Shown here: positions 39,599-52,624 of the stretch, one piece after another
How positions within the stretch are numbered: position 1 is the stretch's first letter
How the letters are laid out: the number at the start of each line of letters is the position of its first letter
Assembly: GCA_951406725.2 (NCBI GenBank)
Contig: OX597832.1
Span: 4,960,001-5,024,000, forward strand
Direction of reading: 5' to 3'
Length of the DNA stretch: 64,000 nucleotides
Source of the DNA: Octopus vulgaris
Taxonomy: Eukaryota
Translations under genes and position numbers: made by a program
The notes under the pieces: generated by a model
The model's input: the letters and a program-made list of their open reading frames with translations, nothing else
The model's database searches: none
Told to the model about the DNA's origin: nothing

Positions 39599-40046
39599 CC
39601 CCTGCCCATTCAAAGTACCCCGGATCCCAGATCGTCCCGCTGTGCTTGAGGAGACCTGTTGAGTCAAGTACACGAACACTCCGAACACCCCTCCCCACTG
39701 GTGCTCCCCTATATTTCTGCACACACCCCCCACATAAAAAGCACCATCCGAACGTGGCTGATGCCAGCACCACCCCGACTGGCTTCTGTGCAGGTGGCAC
39801 ATAAAAAGCACCAACCGACCGTGGCCGATGCCAGACCCCTCTGGCACCTGTGCAGGTGGCACGTAAAAAGCACCCACTACACTCGCGGAGTGGTTGGCGT
39901 TAGGAAGGGCATCCAGCTGTAGAAACACTGCCAGACCAGACTGGAGCCTGGGGCAGCCCCTGGCTCCCCAGACCCCGGTCGAAACCGTCCAACCCGTGCT
40001 AGCGCGGAAAACGGACGTTAAACAATGATGATGATGATGATGATGA
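37365..40046 (+). mobile_element. 5'-truncated RTE LINE inserted in Gypsy gag
   Basis: TSD ATGCAGA at 37358-37364 and 40047-40053, with a (GAT)n tail. Removing the insert restores gag INLRHDADKIEEKDC. Confidence 0.95.
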
Positions 40047-41076
40047 ATGCAGATAAAATTGAAGAAAAAGATTGCTCTCAGATACATGCATGTCAACTGA
40101 AATGGATAAGAAAAAGGAAAAACAAACATCAAGACCAGATCCATGCTATGGGTGTGGAGGTTTACATTTTAGAAGTAACTGTCCTTTTAAAAATCGTAAA
40201 TGTTTTGAGTGGAAAAATTGGACATAAAAGCTCATATTGTATAGCAAAACAAAAAAAAAATCTAGAATGTATTGTTAAAAAAAATTCTAAGCAAGGCTCA
40301 GAAAAGAAAATTTGTGTCCATAAAAATGAATAATGTGAATATCAAGTTACAATTGGATACGGGTAGTGATATCATGATAATTAATACAGATACATGGAGA
40401 AAAATGGGGAAGCCTAGATTAAAGGAAATTTCAAAAATTGCATGAGGCATTTCAGGAAAAAATTTTATGGGCAAAATGATAAGTGGTGTTACATTTCGTG
40501 GGAAAACTTTGAAAGCCAAAGTTTTTGTGCTGAGAAATACAACCAATTTATTTGGAATAGACTGGATGGAACTAATTTTCCCATAAATATTTTTGTAAAA
40601 ATGTGAAAGATTCTTCCACCAATACAAATAAGGCATTGGAGGATTCAAAAAACGAATTAAAAAAATTTTTTCCTGATATTTTTTCTGATGAATTGGGTCT
40701 TTGCACCAAAACAGAAGCAAAGTTTCAAGTGAAAGAAAATGCTATACCGGTATTTAGACCAAAACAAACAATAGCTTTCGCAGCATTGGAACAAGTCAAT
40801 GAAGAATTGGATAGACTTGAAATGCTTGGTGTTATTGAAAAAACTGATTACACAAATTGGACATCCCCAACAGTTTATGTCAAAAAAAAATAAAATAATA
40901 AAATACAAGTATGCACTGATTTTTCAACAGGATTAAATTACCAAGTCTGGAGGAAATTTTTGTGAAGTTGAATGGAGGAAATTTTTTCAAAGTTGGACCT
41001 ATCTAAAGCATATTTGCAAGTAAAAGTCGATGAAGAATGTTCAAAATTATTAACAATAAATACCCATGAAGGGTTG

Positions 41077-41369
41077 TGTAGTGTGTGCGTGATTTGAATA
41101 TAGAGGCACCTACCTTCTCTTCTTAGTGACGGAGACCCTCCAGTGATGACTAGTCCTTCCTCACAGCCCCAACCCGAACACTAACGATAGCAGCTGCTAG
41201 CCCAAACCCTTAGCGACGTCCTCACACGTCTTGTCGCCTGCACGACCCACGTTGGAAAGGGCGCAATTTCCGCTCCCTGTGCACGCCTGACGGCTGACCC
41301 CTTCCGCTTGCCCCAGCTTCCGGTCAACGCACCCGGCTGCTGACGTCCAGCTGCTGACGTCATCCCACA
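41077..41369. mobile_element. Solo LTR (293 bp) inserted in the Gypsy RT
   Basis: TG...CA termini and a 5-bp TSD GGTTG (41072-41076, 41370-41374). GC-rich. Removing it restores RT INTHEGLYK..LPFGI. Confidence 0.9.
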
Positions 41370-43678
41370 GGTTGTATAAATGTGATTGACTCCCCTTTGG
41401 TATAAATGTAGTACTTGGTATTTTCCAACAAGTTATGGACATTATGCTCGGAAGTTTGGATTTTGCTGTAGCTTACCTTGACAACATACTCAAAAAAAGT
41501 GAATCTCAGGGTTAGCATGCTGAGCATGTTAAAAAGGTCTTCGAAAGAATAAAAGATTATGTGTTTAAGCTCAATGAGGAAAAGTGAATTTTTTATGCCA
41601 AGAATAAAACAACAAGGGCAGATTATTGATGAAAATGGACAAAGACCAGACCCATCTAGGGCGAGTACAATATAAAATATGCTTCCCCCGAAAAACATTA
41701 CAACATTACAAGCATTTCGGGGGCTCACAAATTACTACCTGGTATACGTACCAAATATGCATGATTTAAGAGCACTCCTGAATAAGTTGTTAGAAAAAGA
41801 CGTTAAGGGGAACTGGTTGGACAAATGCCAAAAAGCTTTTGAAGAAATTAAAAACGTCTTAATGTCAGAATTGTTGTTATCACATTATGACCCAAATTTA
41901 GAAATAGTAGTGGCAGCAGATGCTAGTGAAAGTGGTATTAGATCTGTGTTTTTTCACACATATAAAGATGGTAGCCTGAAAGCAGTAGCTCATGCTTCGT
42001 GTTCATTATTGCTAGCTGAGAAAAGTTACAGAAATAGAAAAAGCAGCATTAGCCATTTTATTTGCAGTAAAAAAATTCCATGAATTTATACATGGAAGAA
42101 GTTTCTGTCTGCAGACAGACCACCACCCATTATTGTTGATCTATGGATCAAAAAAGGGTATCCCCACACATACAGGCAACATATTGCAGCACTGGGGAAC
42201 AAACCGACTAAATTATGACTTCAAAATGGAGTATTTGCCACCAAAAATATTGGGACAGGCTTGTCAAGGTTAATAACAAAATACAATGAACCACTGGAAG
42301 ACACAGTGATAGCAGTGTTAAAAGCCGAAAATGAAATAAAAAATATATTGTGCAATGTTGTGTGTAAATTGCTTGTGACATTGTGGGAAATAAAAATTAA
42401 GGCAGAGACGTTCGAGTTAATCATAAAAAGAAAAAAATAGTGAAATCAGAAGAAACAAATAAGAGAATACGTGTGGCTGGACGTAACACGGTTTTGAATT
42501 TGTATTCAATATATGATAATGTGCTTATGTATGCACAGAAGGTCATAATATCTACCTCACTACAAAGTCAAATGTTAAAGGAATTCCACACTGGACATCC
42601 AAGAATTTCTAGGGTGAAGTTGCTTATGAAAGGTTATGTTTACTGGCCAAAAATGGATCTAGATATTGAGAAGTTGGTAAAATCCTGCAGAGGTTGAGCT
42701 CTTGCAGCAAAATCCCCACCTATAAAATTTCAACCTTGACCCAAGACCGATATTCCATGGTCCAGACTACACTTAAACTTTGCAGTACCGTTAAACTGAT
42801 CATATTATCTTATAGTGGTAGTCAGCTTTTCAAAATGGCCAGAAATGTGTAAATGTAGAAAACCAACATCTACAGTAACAGTGGAATTTCTACACAAACT
42901 TTTTGCTAGGTATGGTGTCCCGGATACCATAGTCTCTGATAATGGGACACAATTCACAGTGAATGAATTTAAAACTTTTTGCAAAATGTACTCAATTGAA
43001 CATATCACCACACCTCTGTATCACCCAAGATCAAATGGACTAGTGGAAAGGCTTGTGGAAACATTTAAAAGAGCATTAAAGAACTCAAGAAATGAGCTAG
43101 TCAATGACACAGCACTGACACAATTCTTGAGGGTCTATAAGATAACACCAAACCTAAACACTTTTTCAGGCAAGTCACCTGCAGAATTAATGTTTTCTCG
43201 AAAGATAAAGTCAAATTTTGACGAGCTGCTACCAGTTAAAAAAACACACAAGGAAAACACTAAAAATACGTCAAAGCATTTTGATATCAGTGACAAGGTG
43301 TTTTTCAAAATATATAAAAATGGAAGACAAGGTTGGGAAGACAGAGTAGTAACAAAAAGAATAGGCAAAATGACATATATGATAAGAGGTGAAAAATGGG
43401 AACACAAAAGACATTTAAACTAACTAAAAAAATAGATGTATAGAAAAAAAAAGAGATACTCATGGAAGTGTCATAACACCTTTGATGCTGCAAAGTCACA
43501 ATAAATTGAACCTAGGCGTAGCAGCACAAGAAAGAGAAAACAAACAGAACGGTTGGAAGTAGAACCTAAACAGAAGAAATATTAAACTTCCCTGGGAGGA
43601 AAATCTCAAAAAGGGAGATGTGATGAAAGAAAAATAATAATATTATCTTCAAAAGGAAGTCAATCTTAAAGGGGGAGA

Positions 43679-43888
43679 TGTTGTGGTGAGAGTCATTGAC
43701 ACCCCTAGGGAATTGGAAGAATGAACTAGCTGAACTCTTATAAAGAATAGCATATTGGTTGAGTTGAGGGTTGATAGGAGTTGTTGAGATGGTGTTTTGG
43801 AGTCTCGTGACGTACGTTGTGTGAACACATTGATTTTACCTCTGCATTGTTAAATTATATATCCAATGTTTGTCAAGGATATAAAACA
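43679..43888 (+). repeat. Gypsy 3' LTR
   Basis: Follows the PPT. TG...CA termini. Matches the 5' LTR with substitutions and indels. Confidence 0.9.
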
Positions 43889-44408
43889 TACATACAAACA
43901 TGCATACATACATACAGACAGACATTCAGACACACTTATGTACATACACACACATACATACACTTGTATGCGCACATTCATTTATACATACATACATTCA
44001 TACCTGTAGGATCCATCTAATAGGAATGATCCATATAATGAACATCTAGACATCTGTGCAAAAGAGAAATTCAAAATATTCCTTTTTTTCCCAAAAATAT
44101 GCAATAACAATGTATACAATACTTAATACACATATCATTCATAAGTATTGAATTCTATTGAAACTGCAAGATCAATATATAATTGCATGTTCCTTATTAT
44201 GCAATATTTTATCATAATTACTTTACATTATATACAATTAATGTACACAAAACAATATAGAAAATATACACAATGCTTTTATTTACATGATTAGTTTCAA
44301 TTCCATTACAAATTTTAAAAAAATAAACATCCACAGCTATTTTGCTAAGTTATTTCATTTCCGATCACGATAATTATATGATTTAAAAATTTTTTTCCTC
44401 TAAACACT

Positions 44409-44453
<45 letters not shown>

Positions 44454-45436
44454 TCTCTACTTCTTACTTCAACAAACGTTTTAATCATGGTAAATCCCCT
44501 CTTTACATCATTAACATTCCCTCTTTTTCTCTCTCTCTTCACATCTCACTTCTTCCACTGACTGCATGACAACTGACAGTTTAATGCACCTGCTGGCTAT
44601 CTGCTATATCATTCTCCTTCCCTATCTCTTGCTCTCACACTTCCTCTCCCTCTCTCTCTCACTCTCCATCCCTCCCTCTCTCTCACTCTCAGTTCACCTC
44701 CCCCTCTCTCTAACAAACGAAAGCATAAAGTGTGAACAAATGAACAAGCAGGATTATAATACCTGCTAGAAATAGTAACCCAAATACTGAATGTTCAAGA
44801 ACCAAATGATGGGCAGATTTTCAATCCCGGGATCATCCTGATTCCCAAAAGGTATAATACATTTATGCAGAGCAAATGTAGACTGAGATAAAGGGATCCC
44901 AGACACAGACAGACAGAATTTTGTTTTTATTATTATAGACAAATGTTTAAGTAAAATTTTTATGTTTCTGAATGGCTAACTTATGTCATCTTCCAGTCTG
45001 AAATCACTGATTTTAATGTAATGCTGTTTCAATTACATTCACTGAGTTGTTTTGCACCCAGCAAGCCCTCAGCAATACCAATCACTATATTATTCATTAT
45101 TCCTTCTGTATCAAACAACAAATTTCATCATAGGTGGTGATGTACAGCATTGACAAGCTCAACATAGAGCAAAACACACCTGTCGTTCTCTTGAGATGTT
45201 GCTGTGACAATATTTGCTAACCATTACATATTCAAACTCATAAGAAAGCCATTCAATGTATTGTCATGGAGAAAATTTCTCGCTGTAGACAAATAGGTGT
45301 AAACACAAGTCAGTTTAAAGAATCCTCTAACAAGACTGATGGATGCATGCATTTTGAAGTGTTGTCTCCTCTTCATCATTTGAGAGTGGAAAGAGAACAC
45401 TATGAACTGATAAGAGATTATGGATATCTCTTAGAC

Positions 45437-46780
45437 AGAGTAGGGCAGACAGGGAAGTCATTTTTGAAATGGCTATTACTCAGCCCCAGGAGGAGGGACA
45501 TATGTCTGACAGTTACCATTTGGTCCATGGTGTCTTAGCATCTATTTTTTTCATTTCAGGTGAAGCCATGGCAGTGTGGAAGATAGAGCACCATGTGTTT
45601 GCCTATGACAGTTACATGAAGAATGATGAGTCTGTCACAGCAGTTTAGCGTGAGTATCAATGCCACTTCAACATTAACTGAAATCAGGCTGTTCCCACCT
45701 GCAACACAATCTTACATTGGGCAACTGCACTTCGTACATGAGGTTTACTAATGAATAGGAGATTGGTGGGGGCACCACAAATGGTACAGACACCAGAAAA
45801 TGTGGAACGCATCAGACAAGCTTTGATACAGAGTTTGAATCATTCTACTCAAAGACATTCCACTGAACTTGGCATCAGTAATCAATCGGTATGGTGTATT
45901 TTGCATGAAGACCTACAGTTCCACCCATGCAAATTGGTCATTGGACAACAGTTGAAACCATGGGACTATGCATGGTAGCTTAACTTTGCACATCAGATGG
46001 GAACAATTTTTTAGGCAAATGACCTCATTTTGTTAATGAGTGATGAGGCTCATTTTCAGCTCAATGGCATGGTGAATCAACAAAACTGTTGGTACTGGGC
46101 TCTTGAAAATCCAAGAGAACTGCATGAAAGACCACTGCACAGCCCAAAAGTGACAGTTTGGTGGGCTGTTGGAAAAGCTGCTGTCATTGGTCCTTACCTT
46201 TTTGAAGACAATAAAGGAAATGCTGTTTCTGTGAACTCCAAGTGTTACCTCGAGACGATAAACAAGTTCTTTGAGCCTGAACTACAGCGAAACCGTGTGT
46301 CTATTCAATGTGTGTGGTTTCAGCAAGATAGGGTGATGGCCAACACAGCTAGAACATCAATGGACATTCTTCGCTCTCTCTTTGGTGACTGCCTCATTTC
46401 CAAGTTTGCTGATATTCCTTGGCCCCCTCAGTGCCCTGATTTGTCCATGTGTGATTATTTCTTGGTGGGGAAACCTCAAGACACATGTGTATGCACACAA
46501 GCCCCATACATTGGACAATTTGAAGGAAGCTATTCACGTGGTTGTCGCCCAAATCAACAGAGCAATGTGGGAGAGAGTGGAGGCCAACTTCCAAGTATGT
46601 CTTCAGAAATGCATCAATGAAAACGAACACCACATGATGGATTTTGTTTTCCACACTTGATTTTGACAAATGTTAATTCAATACTAACACATTGGTGTCA
46701 ATAAAATTAGTTTGCAGCTAAAATTAATGATTTTGTGAATTTTTAAAAAAACATTCGTCCTCTCTTCCTCACTCACTATT
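45437..46780 (+). mobile_element. Decayed Tc1/mariner DD41D (rosa-like) transposon
   Basis: N-terminal HTH from about 45568, then MSDEAHF, IGPYLFE, WFQQD and WPPQCPDLSMCDYF, with 41 residues between the last two Asp. Ends are approximate. Confidence 0.85.
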
Positions 46781-47286
46781 CTCGTCATCACACTGTGATT
46801 GGTTGCGCTAATCAGTAGTTTGCCCTATGGCTTTCTTATGGACTTGAATATGCCTCTTTTCTACTCCATATAGAAATAGTTATGTTGTAGCTACTACAAT
46901 GAAATTATTTAGGTAGTCAAAAGATTTGAAATTGCTTCAGTAGAGTAGTTGTTAGCTATGTTTTACAACAAATGTTACTTTTGAATTTCATAGGGATAAA
47001 ACATTTTACAGTTTCTTCTATGCTATTCATGTGTGTATGTATGTATGCCATGTGTCTGTGTGAAAGTGTGTTTATCCACATATACACACACGAGGAGCAA
47101 CATCTGGTACATAACCAGAGCATAGATTTTAAATAATCAAAGCCATATAAATATAAATGAAGGGCACATATAGCATGTATCTAGCTTCTTTCCAGCTGTC
47201 TCTCATGAAATACAGGTATCTATTTTAAAAGCCAACCTGCCATACATTATCTTCATTTGTTTACACACAAATAGAAAAGTGCATGG

Positions 47287-47317
<31 letters not shown>

Positions 47318-47361
47318 GTGCGCGCGCGCACACACACACACATATGTATGTATAGCATCGT

Positions 47362-47537
47362 CTGGCACGTAAAAAGCACCCACTACACTCACTGAGTGGT
47401 TGGCGTTAGGAAGGGCATCCAGCTGTAGAAACACTGCCAAATCAGACTGGGTCTGGTGCAGCCTTCTGGCTTCCCAGACCCTGGTTGAACCGTCCAACCC
47501 ATGCTAGCCTGGAAAGCGGACATTTAACGATGATGAT
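47362..47537 (+). mobile_element. RTE 3' tail copy
   Basis: Close match to 39858-40030. Confidence 0.85.
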
Positions 47538-47541
47538 ATAT

Positions 47542-47590
<49 letters not shown>

Positions 47591-47675
47591 TATGTGTGTG
47601 TAAATATATATATATATATATAATATGAGTGAGTAGACATGAAATATAAGGTATTCAACACATCTTGTAGGAGTT

Positions 47676-48010
47676 GGGTAAAGGGTAAAAGCCCCCTTTG
47701 GTCATGAATGACCATGGGATTGCATCTAGAAAGTTTCCCTCTGGGCAAGGTTGTTTATGGAAGACCAGCAGTTGCCTATGCATGCCAGCTTCTCCTCTCC
47801 ATGCCACCAATGTTATCCAAAGGAAAGGCAAAGGCCAATACAGCTTGGCACCAGTGACATCGCAACTCATTTCCACAACTGTGTAAACTGGAGCAACATG
47901 AAATAAATTGTTTTGTTCAAGAATCCAACACACAGCCCAGTCCAGGAATCAAGCTCACTGCCTCATGATTGTGAGCCTGATGCTCTAACCACTGAGCCAC
48001 ATACCTTCAC
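47676..48010 (-). mobile_element. tRNA-derived SINE ending in (TTTACC)n
   Basis: Minus-strand head gtggctcagtggttagagcatcaggctcacaatcatgagg..ttgattcctggac (A/B boxes). A related head lies at about 34480-34585. Confidence 0.75.
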
Positions 48011-48550
48011 ACTAGTAGGAGTTATATATATGTTATTATTTAAAACAGTCTGATTCAACTTTATGTGGGCCTCTAACAGCAACCAAGCTTGTTCAGGCTC
48101 AAGTTACCAAATGGAGGGTAGACAGGAAGTCCATATGGCTACTGGAAGTTCAAGATAGCTACTGGAAAATGGGTGGCTAATTGATCAAGGTGAGTTGCAT
48201 GGTGTTGTTAGAAGTGAGAGCAGCATTCAGTAACACCAGATGAATTTCTTGGATTGCATCAATGAACAGGAAGGTGTTGGTGTCTAGGTGTCTGGCGAGC
48301 CCTTGCAGGGACTTGAAAGCTGACAGAAGCAAGGCCAGTGAGAGTGTGTGTCTATATAGGTGTGTGTATGCACACATACACATATCTATGTATGCACATT
48401 GACTGTTCTTTTCTTCTCTTCCCTTCACCAAACATCAGTCCATATCCTATAAACCCCCTGCTCCCAGCAAAGCTGTTGCAAATACACTAGCATATATCTG
48501 TCATGCCCACACATAAATACCAAAAGCATGAATATATGTATACATATATA

Positions 48551-48950
48551 GGCGCAGGAGTGGCTGTGTGGTAAGTAGCTTGCTAACCAACCACATGGTT
48601 CCGGGTTCAGTCCCACTGCGTGGCATCTTGGGCAAGTGTCTTCTGCTATAGCCCCGGGCCGACCAATGCCTTGTGAGTGGATTTGGTAGACGGAAACTGA
48701 AAGAAGCCTGTCGTATATATGTATATGTGTGTGTGTTTGTTTGTGTATCAGTGTTTGTCCCCCTAGCATTGCTTGACAACCGATGCTGGTGTGTTTACGT
48801 CCCCCGTCACTTAGCAGTTCGGCAAAAGAGACCGATAGAATAAGTACTGGGCTTACAAAGAATAAGTCCTGGGGTCAATTTGCTCGACTAAAGGCGGTGC
48901 TCCAGCATGGCTGCAGTCAAATGACTGAAACAAGTAAAAGAGAGTAAAGA
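48551..48950 (+). mobile_element. Full-length tRNA-derived SINE
   Basis: A box gtggctgtgtggt, B box ggttcagtccc, then cttgggcaagtg and an internal TG microsatellite. Copies lie at 2125, 16620 and 51305. Confidence 0.85.
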
Positions 48951-49164
48951 GTATATATGTACACACACATGCACACAGCAGACAAAAGCACATGCATATA
49001 TGTTCTTCCAGAAAAACACGCACACACTCATACAATTATACACAAATACAAGAATGTATGCACTTATATACACACTTAGGTGCACATACATACATACATT
49101 CTAAATGCACTCAAACTGGTATGTCTATACAGCAGACCCTAATACACGTAATCATGCATGCACG

Positions 49165-49199
<35 letters not shown>

Positions 49200-49294
49200 G
49201 TACAACAAGTGACACATCTACATCCAAGCATTCATACATCTGATATGTGCAGCGCACACACACACACACACATACACTCACACACACGCACAAG

Positions 49295-49360
<66 letters not shown>

Positions 49361-49664
49361 TGCTGGCCTTGCTTCTGTCACCTTTCAAGTCCCTTCAAAG
49401 ACCCATCAGACATTTAGATATCACCAGCTTCCTATTCAGCCTTGCAATCCAAGAAATTTTCCCTTCTAATGCATCTGGTGTCACTAAAATGCTGGTCTCA
49501 CTTCTAACAACACCATGTGACCCACCTTGACCAATAGCAGTCTATTTTCCAGTAACCATCTTGGACGTCCTGTCTTCCTCCGTTCAGTAATTTGATCCTG
49601 AATGAGCTAGGTCTCTGTTAGAAGCCTGTGACACTTTAATCAAACTGTTTTAAATAATAATAGA

Positions 49665-49732
<68 letters not shown>

Positions 49733-49739
49733 TAATAAT

Positions 49740-49938
49740 AATCCTTTCAACAAGAGGCACAAGGCCTGAAATTTTGGGGAGGGAGCCAGTTAATTAGATT
49801 GACCTGGTACTTAATTTATTGACACCCCATCCCCACTAAAGGATGAAAATCAGAAGTTGACCTCAACAGAATTTGAACTCAGAATGTAAAGACAGATGAA
49901 ATGCAACAAGTAGCTAACAATTCTGCCAACTCACCTCC

Positions 49939-49940
<2 letters not shown>
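49740..49940 (-). mobile_element. SINE (Nin/Deu-like body) within (TAA)n
   Basis: Homologous to 18955-19145 and 23682-23915. Confidence 0.7.
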
Positions 49941-50017
<77 letters not shown>

Positions 50018-50020
<3 letters not shown>

Positions 50021-50965
50021 TATTACATCTTAAACACCGGGGACGTTTAAGATGTAAGAAGGAAAATACAGAGCTCCGAAATCTATCCACAAACATCGAA
50101 AACAAGGACACCCTATGGAGCCAAAGATTTACTAACAAAGAATTGGACTATATCCGAGTAAGTAATACTAATTGAAATTTATTACTATTTTCGAAATGAA
50201 ATGATGTATTTTGACTCGATATTATCTCCACCTCTAACACAACACATATAAACATGTGTGGAACAACACGATCATCCCCGACCTCAAACACCATGTACAA
50301 AGGAACTACGAAGAAATTAAATGCCACCGATACTATTCAACCCAAGAATAACAATCGAGCGGTACGTACATTAAACCTACAACAAAAAATGTACGAAAAA
50401 CTACACGTGCGAAATAATGTGACAACAGAAATAAACGGACCGGTACCCTACGAAAATGACGACCGTCAAAATAATGGGCCGGACGTTGTACCTCATGTCC
50501 CGCAAATAAAACCCAAAAGACGTAAATGGACACGTGAGGAATACATTTCTATCTTACACGCATACTTCACAGCAATGCTCTACCCACAAAATGAAAATAC
50601 AACAACAAATACATATAAAATATGGAAGGAAAATAATAGAGATATAGACTTGGATACAGCAATGAACCCTAATAAATTAGCTAACGTACGAAGATACATT
50701 CTCAAAGCCAAAAAAATATCAGAAATAGAAATAGAACATTTAAAAGAAAAAAATACACCAGGAAAATGTAGATAGAAGCCACACAACAATGCCCAATAAT
50801 ATAAAAACTGAAACTGTAAAACACGAAGACAAACGCAACATTCCCAACAAACACGATGTAAACAACGAAGGGAGCCTAATGATTATGATAATATAAAAAA
50901 TAAAATAATCAAAGAACTGAAAACCACAGAGCCCAAAATGGACCACCGACCATACCTCCCAAGAA
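50018..50965 (+). mobile_element. R4/Dong-like non-LTR retrotransposon 5' fragment
   Basis: ORF 50254-50775 has RRKWTREEYISILHAYF...KLANVRRYILKAKKISEIEIEHLK, resembling the R4/Dong N-terminal domain. A frameshifted continuation reads RPYLPRI. Flanked by (TAA)n, the known Dong target. Confidence 0.65.
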
Positions 50966-50976
50966 TAAAAATAATG

Positions 50977-51010
<34 letters not shown>

Positions 51011-51125
51011 AAGAAACAATAAGAAGAGTTATCAAATGAACAATATTTCAACATCTCATTCGATAACAGTCACACTCTTCTTATTGTTTCTTTACTTTCT
51101 GGAGGAGTAATATCAATCCTTTAAA

Positions 51126-51156
<31 letters not shown>

Positions 51157-51304
51157 ATCATTATTAATATTATTTATCATCATCATCATCATCATTATTA
51201 TTATTATTAATAATGAAGATGATGATGATGATGATGATATTAAAAAGTCTGCATGGAAAACGCATTAAAGAATTTTTTTATGATGCTGATGATATATGTA
51301 TATA

Positions 51305-51640
51305 TGCATAGGCATGGTGGTGTGGTTAGAAGTTTGTTGCCCAATCACATAGTTCTAGGTTCAGTCCCACTGTGTGACATCTTGGGTCAGTGAGTGGATT
51401 AGGTAGACAGAAAGTGAAAGAAGCCCATCATGTGTGTGTGTGTGTGTACATGACAACCGGTGTTGTTATGTTTATATCCCTGTATCTTAGTCATTTGGCA
51501 AAAGAGAGTGAAAGAATAAATACCAGTTTTTTTTTAAAAAAACAAGTACTTGGGTTTATTCATTAGATTACAAATTCTTCAAGACGGTGCCCCAGCATGG
51601 CCACAGCATGGCCACTGAAACAAGTAGATGATAAAAGAAT
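51305..51640 (+). mobile_element. tRNA-derived SINE (family of 48551)
   Basis: Colinear with 48551-48950, with internal deletions. Confidence 0.8.
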
Positions 51641-51777
51641 AGGTATGGGTGTGTCTGTGTGTGTGTATATATATATATATACACACACATACATATATAT
51701 ATACATACATACATACATACATACATACATACATGTGCATATATATATATATATACATATATATACATATATACATA

Positions 51778-51821
<44 letters not shown>

Positions 51822-51831
<10 letters not shown>

Positions 51832-52506
51832 TAAATTAGAGACAAAACCACTATTATGCAAATCAAACAAAGAAAGACTTAAGCCAATACATAAAATAAT
51901 TTATATAAATTTAGAAATTTAATCTGCGGTTACTGGATGTTACTTCTCCTCTGTGTTAGTGTATTGCTGAGAGTATATGTTTATGAATGAGTGATTGTAT
52001 GTGTGTGTGTGCGAGTATGCATAAGTAACGTGTAGAAGTATAGGGCTGCATTATAATATCTATATAAGTAGATATAGACTAAAATGGATATTTGAATATG
52101 GATTTCTACCTTATAAATTAAAGTTAATATTTAACATTATAGTCGATTTCGATATAATCATATTTAATAATAGAGTTTATTATAAGTAAATTTTTATTTA
52201 GATTATATAGATTATTTATATCTTAAAAATATTGATTATATTTTAGGTTTTGAAACCACCTGAAGAATGTCTCAAAGACATGAAACGATCGTAGTGGTTA
52301 TTCATAATTGTTAAATTCATAATTGTTAAATTTCTAAATTTATATAAATTATTTTATGTATTGGCTTAAGTCTTTCTTTGTTTGATTTGCATAATAGTGG
52401 TTTTGTCTCTAATTTAATATAATATAATATTTTACTATAAAATTGGATTCAATCCTAAATCTGATTTTTCCCTGTAAATTTGGATTTATTCCCTAATATT
52501 TATTAT

Positions 52507-52508
<2 letters not shown>
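51822..52508 (+). mobile_element. Fold-back Penelope pseudo-LTR element between (TA)n tracts
   Basis: 51822-51922 is an inverted copy of 52326-52426. The long arm is homologous to 27440-27660 and ends ttccctaatattt. Confidence 0.8.
52254..52299 (+). ncRNA. Minimal type I hammerhead ribozyme motif
   Basis: aaccac CTGAAGA atgtct-caa-agacat GAAAC GATC GTA gtggtt: 6-bp stem I, 6-bp stem II, palindromic stem III loop and a GUA site. Confidence 0.9.
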
Positions 52509-52566
<58 letters not shown>

Positions 52567-52578
52567 CATATATATATA

Positions 52579-52624
<46 letters not shown>

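Larger units (their letters stand above)
36407..43888 (+). mobile_element. Decayed full-length Gypsy (Mag-like) LTR retrotransposon with two nested insertions
   Basis: Paired LTRs, PBS-like tggtgaggag (36591) and PPT aaagggggaga (43668). Domains in order: gag with a double CCHC knuckle (about 40144-40240), protease LDTGS (40353), RT, RNase H VAADAS, and integrase HHCC, VSDNGTQF and HPRSNGLVER. Many stops and frameshifts. Candidate TSD CATAC within a TACA microsatellite. Confidence 0.93.

Noticed and set aside
39730-39880. Repeat-spacer-like array (ggcacataaaaagcacc)
   Set aside because: Not CRISPR. There are only three degenerate units, the spacers resemble each other, it lies in a LINE 3' UTR in eukaryotic DNA, and there are no cas genes.
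39113-40144. 343-aa minus-strand ORF with poly-His
   Set aside because: Antisense shadow of the RTE ORF and its (GAT)n tail.
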